NCBI GenBank assembly: GCA_009602735.1
Contig: WELA01003606.1
Span: 142,770-206,769, forward strand
DNA: 64,000 bases
From: Mesotaenium endlicherianum
Taxonomy: Eukaryota
Direction of reading: 5' to 3'
This document shows positions 22,901 to 35,200 of the stretch, piece by piece (position 1 is the first letter of the stretch; every line of letters starts with the position of its first letter). A program made the translations under genes and the position numbers. Below the pieces are notes generated by a model that saw only the letters and a program-made list of their open reading frames with translations, searched no databases and was not told the DNA's origin.

Positions 22901-23561
22901 TCCAGGGAACATCTTGTTGGAGAAGGCCAAGGAGACTCAGGTTCCTACTACACAAGCTTTTATGGAGCAGATGGCCAAGACTTGGGATATGGCAAAGACG
23001 TGTATTCGGAAGGCACAGGAAGAGCAGGTCAAGCATGCTAACAAGCACAGGAGGGAAGTGACATTCCATGTGGGCGGCAAAGTACTCTTGTCCAAAGAGA
23101 TCATACCTTTCACAGGCAAAACGAAACTGCGGGCACGATTTACAGGTCCCTTTGTAGTGCTTAAGCAGGTGAACCCAGTGGCCTACAAGTTGGAACTTCC
23201 TTCAGGCTGGCGTATCCATGACGTGTTCCATGTCAGTTGTTTGCGGCCATACGTTGACCCGAATGAAGGACATCCAGGACGACTACCTACACCGCCACCA
23301 CCGGTCGAGATCGATGACGTATTGGAGTATGAAATGGAGGCGATTGTCGGCGATCGACGAGTCAAGCGAGGTCAACGATTTGTCCAAGAGTATCTGGTCA
23401 AGTGGAAAGGGTACCATGCGGACGACAACACTTGGGAGCCAGAGGCCAACTTGACTCATTGTAAGAGTAAGTTGAGACGTTATTTGCAGAATGCGTCGAG
23501 AACGTCGCATCTTGAGGAGGGGGATGATGTAAGGTCAGAGGTTTATAAAGTGCATTTTTGA
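19904..23561 (+). pseudogene. pol: B2 pol (PR-RT-RH-IN-chromodomain) running into the 3' LTR; one stop and several frameshifts
   Basis: [71 protein letters not shown]. Confidence 0.93.
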
Positions 23562-25082
23562 GTTTCATGAAAGTATGATTTGATTGTATAGTAGTGTAGA
23601 GTGCATTTTTGTGGTCATTTTGATATAAAGTTCATCGAACTTGGTCAAGTATTGAGAGAATTATGGATTTCCGGAGTTTAATTAGTTTTGAGGTCGGCTG
23701 ACGACTGTCCTTAATTCGCGGTGAGCGCGACCGTCGGATTGACCGACAGCGTCGAGCGATCTGGCCCGTTAGATAGAACTCAAACCTTCACGTAAGTTCG
23801 GCTGACGCGGAGTGCCGACTAGGTCGATTTACCTAGAAGTTTCGGTTTAGCCTAGCGCGTCTAAGATAGAAATTTCTAGTAATGTCGATGCATGTATATG
23901 GACGTCAATTCGGCCCGACACGTCAGATTGGACTTATCTGGCTTACTCACGAATATTCTGGAAGGGACAATTTGACGAACACTTAGGAAAATCCGTAGCT
24001 TCCTCCTAGGGAGGAGCACTTAGGCAGAAAATTATAAATAGGCATAACTTCTTTGTTTCTTATCAGTTTTCACTTCTGTAAATTCCTACGGGTTTGTAAT
24101 GACAAGTCCTTTTATCCTACATCATTTGTGAGCAGCTTCTTGCCACTCAAAATGTCAAGTAGTTTTTCTAAGCCTTCTTAGCAATATTCCGCTGCACTCT
24201 TGAATATGATTGCAACTAGCTTTGTTCCTCGTGAGTCACTACGCTTCCACTAGGGCACTCTGCCCCTTTCAGTGGTGGATTTGGTTAACCGAGGTCCTAC
24301 CAACGTGGTTAACTCCCGGGTAGGCGGTGCCATCGCACTGGCCGTTGAACAGTAAACTCATTCCATGTACATATGCTAGGCATTGCTCTCGAGTTCGACA
24401 TTTGGAAACGAGGCCAACTCTCTTGTACAGCTTATTGAGAGAGATCTGAATCCAAGGCGAGAAGCCATTGATACGCACTGTCTTCTAACCTTACTTATGT
24501 ATGAGTTTACTGATTGCATTATTGATGCTCGTTTACTTGCATTTGATTTACGAGTGTTGTTCAGTGCTAGTGTGTTGTCCTTTTGCCGTTTAATCAGTTA
24601 ACTTAAAATCCATAAAGATTACTTGCTGATATAAAGATCTTTATTAATTGTTGATCGCCTATTTGGTAAGTCGATTCATTTCATCGTATCTACCTCCACC
24701 TGTTTCGCTGTCTCCATTCGACCATCACGCCCTTGGACTTTCACTTGTCCTGTGCTCCAGTGCACTTGAGGGTTGGCTTTTCTCAGCCATGGTTGGCCCA
24801 ATGTCACCTCTTGGTGACCCAACTCTGCCTGCTCCTTAACTTCAGTACTCTGGTGCCCCGCTACTTCCACGTGAATAGCTTCCGTAGGTGAACCACACTT
24901 GAGTCTCTGTCCATTCGCCAAAATTGCCTCCTTAGGCTCATAATGCTTTTGCACAGGGATTCGCCACTCTTTCACCAGCTCCTAGTGCTCAAAGTTTGCA
25001 CTTGCGTCACTGTCGACCATACACTTCGCCTTATTGCCGTCGACCACTCCTTCCACGATGATAGGCTTGTCAACGTCTCGTC

Positions 25083-25539
25083 AAGTGTTCGTCAAATCGT
25101 CCCCTTTGGAATATTCGTGAGTAAGGCAGATCAGTCTAATCTGACGTGTCGGGCCGAATTGACGTCCACATACATGCATCGACATTACTAGAATATTCTA
25201 TCTAAGACGCGCTAGGCTAAACCGAAACTTTTAGGTAAATCGACCTAGTCGGCACTCCGCGTCAGCCGAACTTACGTGAAGGTTCGAGTTCATTCAAACG
25301 GGCCAGATCGCTCGACGCTGTCGGTCAATCCGACGGTCGTGCTCACCGCGAATTAAGGACAGTCGTCAACCGACCTCAAAACTAATTAAACTTTGGAAAT
25401 CCATAACTCTCTCAATACTTGACCAAATTCGATGAACTTTCTATCAAAATGACCATAAGAATGCACTCTATACTACTACACATTCAAAACATACTTTCAT
25501 GAAACTCAAAAATGCACTTTATAAATCTATGACCTTACA
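25083..25539 (-). repeat. Partial 5' LTR of B1 (U5 end, PBS and gag deleted)
   Basis: Homologous to the first ~457 bp of the B LTR, fused to protease sequence at 25082/25083. Confidence 0.85.
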
Positions 25540-28500
25540 ATAACCACTCTTGAGATCTATCTTACTGAACAATTTAGCACCAGACAGGGTATCAAGCAAA
25601 TCCTCGATTCTGGGTAAAGCATACTTATTCTTTACTATACTTCTGTTAAGAGCTCTGTAATCCACACACATCCGCATACTACTATTCTTTTTCTGAACAT
25701 ATAGGATGGGTGCGCCATAAGGTGATTTACTGGGGGAAATATAACCATTTTCCTCCAGCTCTGCAATCTGTGTTTTCAACTCTTCGCTCTCCACATAAGA
25801 CAAGCCATAAGTGCGTTGTCAGGGTGGCTGACTCCCAGGTAATAAATCAATCCTGTGATCTACTTCCCTCTTAGGGGGTAGTCCTGGAGACATATTATAA
25901 ACATCATTGCACTGAGCAACGATTTTTGCAGCAGTAGGGTGCTTCGGAGGGCTTACCTTTTTCTCGACCACTTCTTCAGGTTGAGGAGGTACCTCTCTTA
26001 GCAGCAGACAGAACATTCTGTCTTCTTTCTGGTCCCAGTTTTTGGATGAACTCCATTGCATTCAGCAATTTGCATCCTCCTAGAAGCCTCTTCTTTTCCT
26101 TCATTTGCCATCCATACAGGACAAGAGGAAGAGCACTGGTGGGTGCCCAGTGAGTCTGCCCATCACTGGCTCCTCTCACTTTAATTGTACCTCTGCTCCA
26201 ACACGCTTCAGCTTGATGACTATTAAGCCAGGACCTGCCTGGCACGAGATCATAGAAGCTAGTGTTGAATACCTCAAATGTAAGCATTTCAGTTAGAACT
26301 GCAATGCCAGAACCTAACTGGACATCAATAAGCTTGGTTATAATTCCTCCCGGGATACTTGAGGCATCTCCAAGGAATATTTTTCTATTCCCTTGGGTGA
26401 CAGTAGGCAGCCTTAGCCGCTTCACTAAGTCCTTATGGATGAAAGTATGTGACGTCCCTCCGTCAACAAATGCCCTCACCTTCCTATCTGCAATCATGCA
26501 AAGCAGTAGGATAGGGGGCACTGTCTTTTCCTGACTTTCGCATTGTTCTCCTGACTTAGCAAAGAATTGTTGGACATCAGGTGGAACAAGAGCATCCAGA
26601 GTTTGCACTCTCTGGACGTCTATATTGCTGATGGTCTCCTTTATCTGGTTGTCAGGCATGCATAGTGAATCCAGTTCAGCAGGACCCATAATACCTGCTA
26701 CGAGGGCAGCTAGTGACGACTCACTATCTCTAGCATCCTCACAGTCAGTAGACTGGATTACTGACTGTTGCTGTCTTCTAAAGGCTGGTCCTTTTCCTTG
26801 ACCTTTGGAAAGTGCTTGCTAGGACACTGCTCTCTGTAGTTGCCCAGCTGCTGGCAGTGATAGCAAACAGATTTTGCTAAGGCTGGTCTCGGCTTAGTCC
26901 TACCACCACCTCTTCCATAGTCACCTCGATAGTAACCACCTCTCCCTCTAGACTGCATAGCATTATACTCATACTCATACTCATCACCCCGATCATCCTC
27001 AGCCTGGTCTCTTTCTATTGCAATGTAGGAACGGTGGGGCTTTTTGACAATCTTAGACACTATAGCATTACTCTGGCGCTTGTGATTGAAATGCTGCTGA
27101 TCCCAGGCATCAGCATCTTGGATCAAGTCAGCCAGTTTCTCATACTTCTTTTCAGCAAAATGACCTTAGACTTCGCATTTAAAGCCATACCTGAAGTATG
27201 CTATTCTATACCGCTCTGGCAAGTCTGGCTGCTTCATCATGTTCTCCTGGAACTTTTGAGCAAACTCAGCAACTGAAGTGGTCTGCTTCACTGTCAAGGA
27301 TGTCATGATTTATTGAGTCGAGGATGACGTATAAAACCAAGCTGTACGTGTGTGAACCATCAACCTAGGAAGATTGACTTTGCATTAACTTTACGCATCC
27401 ATATATTGACCTTTTCTAGATTTCCGAGTCACCAAAGTGTAGCGCGTCGAAGCATTTTCCGAATGGCACCGGTTTCGCGTCATTTGGTTAATTATCGAGC
27501 GAGATACACGCGATCTAGTCCGCACTCCTTTCTGCACCTAGCGAAATCACACCAAATGGCCAACTTGTGACTCAATGCACCCAAAGGTGACAATGTTGAC
27601 TATTCGTGATCCCAAGGACCCCTAGCTTTGTGCGCACAAATCCGCGAGCCCTTTAGACTACATAAGTCTTGCATTCCATAGTATAAGTGCATCATTGAGG
27701 CTATAACTTGGTGACTGCATCACCTACCCCTAGAGGAAGCTTCCTCAAGTTCCAGATTCACTTTTGAGGCGCTATCTAGGTAGAACTACCCAAGGTAAGC
27801 TCCACCAATGAGAGACACTTAGCATGTTTTACGTGCTTTGCTTTGATTGGTTTGAGTTATGCTTAGCCTATAGGAGTCCTAGTACATGCCCTGTACACAT
27901 TAGTGGATATAAGAGAGCCTCCTACAGTGACTACATACATTGGATCCGCCGCATACGACGCCGGGTTTCTAGGAGTATAAGTGCTAGAGGTGTCCCTAGA
28001 GGGACATCTTCTTAGAAGTCCCATTATGCCAATTGTAAGTCACAGAGACTATCAGTAAAGCTTACACTTTTATCTCTTGTGTTTTCAGGACCACATAGTC
28101 TCTCTCTTGTGAAGGGCAAGCCTTGCTGGCTTCCAGTCACAAGAAGAACTTAACAAGTAGTGAGCAAAGTCACAGCTTATACCCTCTGCCATAGGACTAC
28201 TCTTGAAGATCATGATGTGCTTCCAGAGATCTTTTGGGCCAGACTTTATTAGTTGTTTTCTTACCATATTACAGTTTTGACGTGCTCACTCTGGAGAGTA
28301 CACACTCCTTAATTAAAACATTTGACGCTTGATTGTCTTCTATCTATAAAGCCACATGTATTATAGACTTCATTACAGCAAAGCCTGCTTGCTTATTATG
28401 CATTGCTTGTGTTGATAATACGCACCCGACCTCCTACCGCACAACAAGGAGATCATTGCATAGATAGCTTTCTCATACTGATTGATGACATCAAACTTCT

Positions 28501-29386
28501 CATGCAGTTTCTCGACAAACTCTATCCAAGTAGGGTCACCGACCTGCTGAGCCTTACGCTCTCCTTTCCAATACAGCCACCAGTCTGCTGCACTGCCTTT
28601 CAGTAGAGCACCAGTGTGCCTGACCTTCTCGCAATCTTGTAGTTCTGGGTAGTTCTCCAGCCACTGCTCAACATTAGCGAGAAACTTGATCAGGTAATAC
28701 TTTTTGTTTCCCTCAGGATTATAATCCTGGGGAGGTTTCAGCTTAGGCTTACTAGGCCCTCTGCCACCACCACCAGTGGTTTGAGAACCCAGTTGGTCTC
28801 TGTCCCGCAGCAGAGACATTAAGATTCTTTTGTCCTCCTGTTAAAACTGATACATGCTCGCCACTTGCGATTGCATTTGCACAAATAATGCTCCCAAATC
28901 CACACTCTGAGGTGGGAGTCTAGCAAATGCAACAGTAGCAATGGCATCCACTTGCTGAGTAGTGTCCTCAACAGTCCCTCTCGCTCCTGCAGCAGCATTT
29001 CCTGCCGCATTCAGCCGGTCACGTATTTGACCTAGGGGTACATTGATATGTACAGCAGGAGGTGGGTTCAGAACATTGGCCCTTGATGCCATAAGTTCTT
29101 CAACAGTGCGCTCGTCAGCTGGCTGTCCTTCCCTCCTTTCTGTGTCTTCAGCGGCCTTTGCTAATTGTTCAGCTTCTAATTTGGCTCTCTCCTCCTCGGC
29201 TTGCTGTGCTGCGACTGCGGCAATAGCAATTTCCTCATCTGCAACCTCTCTAGCTGCAGTATCTGCCACTGTTTCAGAATAGGTACGGGTTCCCGCTACA
29301 TGGCTTTCCGCCTGGTTTTGGACATTCTCGGTATCCTGGTTCTCCATGTCTTGGGAGTTGCTTGTTTGAGACCTTGTCCCTACCAT
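25540..29386 (-). pseudogene. A1 gag plus 5' pol (PR, RT start), interrupted by an E solo LTR
   Basis: MVGTRSQTSNS start, [41 protein letters not shown]. Confidence 0.9.
27301..28446. repeat. Family E probable solo LTR (~1.15 kb)
   Basis: TGTCA...ACAACA insertion in A1 gag flanked by an (A)AGGA duplication. No coding capacity and single copy in this window. Confidence 0.7.
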
Positions 29387-29420
29387 ACAAAGAAGACTCT
29401 GATAACTGCTCCGATACCAC

Positions 29421-30122
29421 TGAAATGAATTGTCTTACCTAATAAAGATCTTTATATCAGTAAGTTATCTTTATGGATTTTCCGTTAACTGATTAAACGG
29501 CAAAAGGACAACACACTAGCAGTGGACAACACTCGTCAATCAAATGCGAGTAAACTAGCATCAACAATGCACTCAATAAACTCATACATAAGCAAGGTTA
29601 GAAGACAGTGTGTATCAATGGCTTCTCGCCTTGGATTCAGATCTCTCTCAGTAAGCTGTACCAGAGAGTTGGCCTCGTTTTTAAATGCCGAACTCGAGAG
29701 CAACGCCTAGCATATGTACATGGAATGAGTTTACTGTTCAACGGCCAGTGCGATGCCACCGCCTACCCGGGAGTTTACCACGTTGGTAGGACCTCGGTTA
29801 ACCAAATCCACCGCCATCTCCCATCATCCCGAATCGCCATCCATCATAGGGATGTCATCTGGCCATTCATCTTGCATACCACACTTAGATGCATATCAAG
29901 GCAGTTCGCTGCTACCGAGCACGGAAGTCAGCTAGCTGTCAAAGAATGTGTCAGCAAGCTGACTTAAGCTGACTTCAGCCTGCTGCATCCGGTTGAGTCA
30001 TTAAACTGATACTAAATATAAAGTCCAGCAGACTGACTATTAAGTAAAGTTCAGCAGGCTGAATTTGATTTACTATTACATTTAAATGAATATTATATCT
30101 ACTAATATACTGATTCATTACA
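29421..30122 (-). repeat. Family A LTR shared by A1 (as 5' LTR) and A3 (as 3' LTR)
   Basis: PBS complement at 29408-29419 on one side and PPT complement ATCCCTCCAACTT from 30123 on the other. Confidence 0.92.
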
Positions 30123-30234
30123 ATCCCTCCAACTTAACTTGTTGTCGCCTCGACAACATTAAACTGCAGGAGTCTTTAATCAGGAAGCTGAACTTGACCC
30201 GCCTCTCCCAGTGACTGTCCCTTCAGCCTGTTGC

Positions 30235-31911
30235 CTAGGGGGTTATTCCTGGGGCTTCAGGATCAGGAGACCGAGATCTGGACCTAGATCTGGACAGCCC
30301 TCTAGGTCTGTCAGCTGGCCTTCTAAAGAACCCCGTTTGCTCTAAAGTTGGACCTCGAGGAGAACGAAGGATGGTAGCCTGCTCTTCACCCACTTGGGTG
30401 TTGATCCCCACAGAGACAGGCATTCCAGTAGGATGCTGAAATACATTGGCAAGAGGTACATGCCCCTGGGTGGAGGGGGAGGCGGGCATACCTCTGGCCC
30501 ACCCGCGTGTCCCTCTTCTGGCACCCCTGTCCTCTGGAGATTTCTGCCTATGTCTGCTGCCCAGTACAGTCAGATCAGCTTCTTCCCCTGCTTGGGCAGG
30601 TGGGCTGGGGGAGCGAGTGCGGGGTCCAGTTGCCTCCATGACGGGGATCACGTTCCAAATACCTGATCGTGGTTCTTTGGGAAGTGCCCCTGCCTGCCCC
30701 TGGGTCTCCTGAGTACCAGCTGCTGATGCTTCTCCTCTGCCTTGTTCTTCTTCTTCATCGTTTTCATCCTCCTCCTCGGAGAGAGTAGGGGTCTCGTCCA
30801 CTAAGTCGTCCTGCTCCCTAGTAGACATGGAGTAGTCTACCGACCTCCCTTTCTTAGGGCGCGCTGGAGGTTGCTTGGCCTTTAGCCTGCTGATATCTAT
30901 CCGGCCTGCATTCTTCGCCCATTTGACGAAGGCATGCTTTCCCTCAGAGAAGTAGTCTCTCCCCCTCCTCCTGTGCTCCTTATTCTCTGCATTCATATTG
31001 CTCAGGTAGCCATTCAGCCTGGGGTCCCAAGGGGCAATGTGAGGTGGTAGGATGAGATAGCCGTCTAGGCCATAGTGGAAGTCATCCGGTTGGGCTCGGT
31101 CACAATCCTGCTTCTTATTTGTCACGGTCATCCACCTCCAGTCTGTTGGCTGCTGGTAGTAGTGGGGTCCGACCTCAGCCTTCCTCAGTTTACACGAGAA
31201 CCAGTGGGGAGAGAACATCTGCTGTCCTGCTTCCCTGGCCAAGTACTCCCAGCTCCTCCTCTCAACTTCATTGTAAGCTGGCAGTAATGTGAGGTAGAAT
31301 ACCGTATCCTTAAAGCTATCGGGCCGCATGCTCACCATCCGGATGAGTCTCTGATCTCCCACTATTCCCGGTATGGGGACCGGCTTGTCCTCTGAATCAT
31401 CTGCATGGTACCGGGCCTGCTCTGCTGTATAGCCCACCATCTTGGCATAATCTTCGTAGAGGACCACACCAGTGTGTGTCTCGATGTACCTATCCAGTGC
31501 TGCAGTTCCTTTCCTCTATAGCAGTGTTGTCTGTTCCAGCTTGTTGATCTCTTGGGCTGCCAGCAATGCTTCCTTCAGGTTATCAAAGTTTCGGCCACCC
31601 ACCACAGTATGCCTGTAAGTGGCCAAGCTGTTCTGTCTGTCCGCTACAATCTTTTTCCTTCTCTCCTCCTCTGCCGCTGCCGCTTCCTCTTGTCGTTTCT
31701 TCTGTCTCTCCTCCTCAGCTTTCCTGAGGTTTTCCGCTTCCTGATCCTTCTTCCTTTGTGCCTCTTCTGCCGCCTCTTGTTGTCTGCGGACCCTTTCTTG
31801 TTCTCTCTTGGTGAGGGACGTCGCCGCCAGCTCCTTCTGGTATTGCTCCATTGTCCTCCCGGCTTCTTCTGCCTTGCGCTAACTGTCCTCCTTTTGTGTG
31901 GTGGGAGCCAT
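30235..31911 (-). pseudogene. ORF3 accessory gene of A3 (divergent allele II), 558 codons with 2 in-frame stops
   Basis: ATG at 31911 is in frame with ORFs 31516-31851 and 30235-31467. Shares DSFKD, YNEVERRS, QPTDWRWMT, LPPHIAPWDPRLNG, FSEGKHA and GHVPLANVFQHPTGMP with allele I. Confidence 0.88.
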
Positions 31912-32278
31912 CCTGTACATGAAACCAGGGCATAAGTTAGTAGGATATCGACCTTTGTCATAGGGATTGCAGGCAGGAAGTATGTTTGTATTAGTATGGT
32001 GGATTCGCTCCTGTTTACCTTACAGGGTGATTGCTAAAAGTCGACGTAGTTGCGGTGCGCTAACATAAACGTATGAATATGTTTTAAGTTGAGTTAAGTG
32101 AAGTTAGCTCAAGGTGCTTTATGTGGGCCAGGCTGTCCCATCTGTCACTATGCTGACACTTAGGATTCACGTAACTGTCCCTTTATCGCTCTCGTTCACT
32201 AATTGTCATATATTTTCCCCTCCAACTTAAATGGAGACAGGACCGCCTGTCACCTTCCCATGTCAACTGAAATGACAG

Positions 32279-35200
32279 TTATGGAGGGGCTCCAGCCGCC
32301 CGAAGGTGGAACCGTTTCAACGCCCCTTTGGCATTGGTCAAATGGTCCTTCAATTCCCAAGTGTCCCCAGAGGCATCGTAACCCTTCCATCGAATGAGGT
32401 ACTTCATGACATATTTAGACGATTGACGGATCGAGCGCGCGTCTAAAATCTCCTCAATCTCATATTCGTCAGAGTCGCCGTCCCTGACAGCGGGGACCGG
32501 TCCCGGTTGGACAGGGTACCGACCCGTGAACAGTGTATCACCTTTGATGTATGGTTCCAGGAAGGAGACATTAAAGACCGAGTGACCCTTGTATTCGGCT
32601 GACATGTTCAGGGGTGTAAGCATTCTGACCGACACGACGCACCACCAAATATGGACCGACCCAGACAGGGCCAAGCTTTTTCTTGACCACACCAGGGAGG
32701 TACAGGTGCTGAGTGTGCAGTTTGACAAAATCGCCCTTAGAAAATGTCAGATCCCGACGGTGTTGATTAGCGTATTTTTATTGGTTTTCTTGGACTTTGT
32801 GCAGGTTTTGTTGGACTTCTGACAGGGTGTCTGCAAACTCCTTACTTAACGGTGGTTTGCTGTCCTGAGCAGCTGTTTGACTCCCATTAACCCCATTAAA
32901 GCTCTCCAGAACTTAGGGGTAAATTTTGAGTCTCTGTCTGAGATGATATTAGAGGGTAGCGTATGTTGGCATACTACATGGTTGTAGAACTGTCTCGCTG
33001 TTTCGAGTGCAGTCACTTTGACAGTTGTGGGGATAAAATTGACCATTTTTGTCAGTTTATCTACGACTACCAGTATCGAATCAAGCCATTGGCAATTTTT
33101 GGTAGTGTGACCACCCAGTCCATGGATATAGTCACCCAGTCCATGGATATAGTTTCCCAGCGTCCAGCTGGGGTGGGGAGTAATTGCAAGAGACCTCCCG
33201 GTGGTGTGTGCCTAGACTTATTCTTTTGACACTGATCACAGGATTTTACATATTTCAAGACCTCCCGGGGCATCCCTTCCCAATGAAGTTGTTTTGCCAG
33301 TTTGCCAACTGTTTTGGCGTGCCCCAAATGCCCACCCAGTAAACTGTCATGTGCTTGACTCAATAAAAGGGACCTTATTTCCAAGTTATTAGGAATGACC
33401 AGCTTCAGCCTGCCTGAAGTGGTTTCAGTTACCCAGACCCTTCCCTTAAGCTTATACCCGAGTGCAGTAGCACGACACACACCAGTAGTGGGGCTGGGCT
33501 CAAATGTTGGGTCAGAAAGGTAGACTTTCCTAAGTTGTTCAAGGAAGGACTTTTTCACCTTTCGTGAAGTGAGTGCACACAGGACTTTATCTACAGCATG
33601 ATGACTAAAGTTCCTTTCTTGCAAGTCAGGTATTCTAGAGAGTGCATCAACAGGATTCAACTTCCCTGGTTTGTAGTCGATTTGGACTTGGAACTGCTCC
33701 AGCATCTGGCTCCAGCGGTTCTCCCTCCTCGACAGCTTGGACTTCTTCTGAAAGTGGGTCAGAGCTAGATGATCTGTAATCACCTTAAAAGCTTTACCAT
33801 GTAAGTATGCTCTCCACTGTTTGAGTACATGAATGATAGCTAGCAGCTCTTTATCATGCACTGAGTAATTAATCTCCGCTGGATTAAATTTCATAGACTA
33901 ATACAACACAGGATGCCACTCCTGCCGTACCTTACCATCCTTTGTGGTTTTCTCAGCAGGCTTCAACAAAATAGCACCCATGGCAAAGTCAGAGGCATCA
34001 GTGACCACCTGCACCAGCTTGCTGGGGTCATACACGGCTAGCACCGGGGCAGAACAAAGAGCATCTTTAAGGGCGTGGAAGGCAGCCTGCTGCTCTTCCC
34101 CCCAAACATACCCTATGTCCTTCTTAGTAAGGTCAATCAGTTTACTGGCCTTTGTAAAATAATTCTCAATAAATCTCCTATAGTAGTTAGCCAACCCGAG
34201 GAAGGATCTAACTTCAGAGACAGACTGTGGTACTGGCCAGTCCCTTATGGTCTGAACTTTCTTAGGATCCACACTGATGCCGTCTTTACTGACAACGTGG
34301 CCTAAGAATTCAATACTTTCTTTAAAGAAATCACACTTGCTCATTTTAGCATATAAGTGATTTTTTCTCAGAGTGTCCAGGACTGTCTTTACGTGTTCAG
34401 CGTGCTGAGCTTCATCTTTAGAGAAAATTAAAATATCATCCAGGAAAACTTGCACAAACTTGTCCAAATAAGGCCTGAAAATGTCATTCATGGCACCCAT
34501 GAAGGTCGCAGGAGCATTTGTCAGTCCAAATGGCATCACGTTGAACTCATAGTGTCCATAACGTGTGCGGAAGGCAATCTTGTGTTCATCTCCATCAGCA
34601 ATTCTGATTTGATGATAACCACTCTTGAGATCTATCTTACTGAACACCTTAGCACCAGACAGGGTATCAAGCAAGTCCTCGATTCTGAATAAAGCATACT
34701 TGTTCTTTACTGTAATTCTGTTCAGGGCTCTGTAATCCACACACATCCGCATACTGCCATCCTTTTTCTTAACAAATAGGATGGGTGCGCCGTAAGGTGA
34801 TTTACTGGGAGACATATAACCATTTTCCTCAAGCTCTGCAATCTGTGTTTTCAACTCCTTGCTCTCCACATAAGACAAGCCATAAGTGCATTGCCAGGGT
34901 GGCTGACTCTCAGGTAATAAATCAATCCTATGATCTACTTCCCTCTTAGGGGGTAGTCACGGATCCGTGTACTGAGCAACAATTTTCGCAGCAGTAGGGT
35001 GCTCCAGAGGGCTTACCTTTTTCTCCACCTCTTCTTCAGGTTGAGGAGGTACCTCTCTTAGCAGCAGACAGAACATTCTGTCTTCACTCTGGTTCCAGCT
35101 TTTGACGAACTCCATTGCATTCAGCAACTTGCATCCTTCTGGAGGCCTCTTCTTTTCCTTCATTTGCCATCCACACAGGACAAGAGGAAGAGCACTGGTG

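Larger units (their letters stand above)
18131..24271 (+). mobile_element. Element B2: structurally complete 6.1-kb chromovirus
   Basis: 744-bp LTRs at 18131-18874 and 23528-24271 (about 27 differences by manual count). TSD GCGGT/GTGGT, PBS TGGTATCGGAGC 18877-18888, PPT GAGGAGGGGGATGA 23514-23527. Confidence 0.95.
10412..24683 (+). mobile_element. Element A2, 5'-truncated, inserted in B1
   Basis: Starts mid-gag at a deletion junction with B1. Has gag, pol, ORF3, PPT 17805-17817 and a 3' LTR 17818-24683 split by B2. B1 sequence resumes at 24684. Confidence 0.88.
17818..24683 (+). repeat. Family A LTR (3' LTR of A2): 17818-18130 plus 24272-24683
   Basis: TGTAATGAATC...CATTTCA; the two halves rejoin at the B2 TSD. 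Confidence 0.88.
7190..25539 (-). mobile_element. Element B1: chromovirus LTR retrotransposon inserted in the A1 RT, internally deleted, hosting a C LTR and A2
   Basis: 3' LTR 7190-7933 (744 bp), partial 5' LTR 25083-25539, TSD ATAAC on both sides. Integrase-chromodomain at 7921-10413 and protease remnant at 24684-25082. Confidence 0.88.
1719..30122 (-). mobile_element. Element A1: chromovirus-type Ty3/Gypsy LTR retrotransposon (gag-pol-ORF3), split by nested insertions
   Basis: 3' LTR 1719-2468 with adjacent PPT, ORF3, pol 4655-7189 and 25540-26782, gag to 29386, PBS 29408-29419, 5' LTR 29421-30122. Continuity across B1 is shown by TSD ATAAC at 7185-7189 and 25540-25544. Confidence 0.85.

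Noticed and set aside
29608..29967. Recurrent 90-120 aa ORF (MxINGFSPWIQISLSK...) and its antisense partner in every family-A LTR
   Set aside because: It recurs only because the LTRs are near-identical. It has no real ATG in most copies, variable stops and frameshifts, and no recognisable motif.
33113..33153. 21-bp in-frame duplication in A3 integrase (ISMDWVT twice); similar ~20-bp duplication near 4774-4815
   Set aside because: Copy-specific slippage in dead elements.
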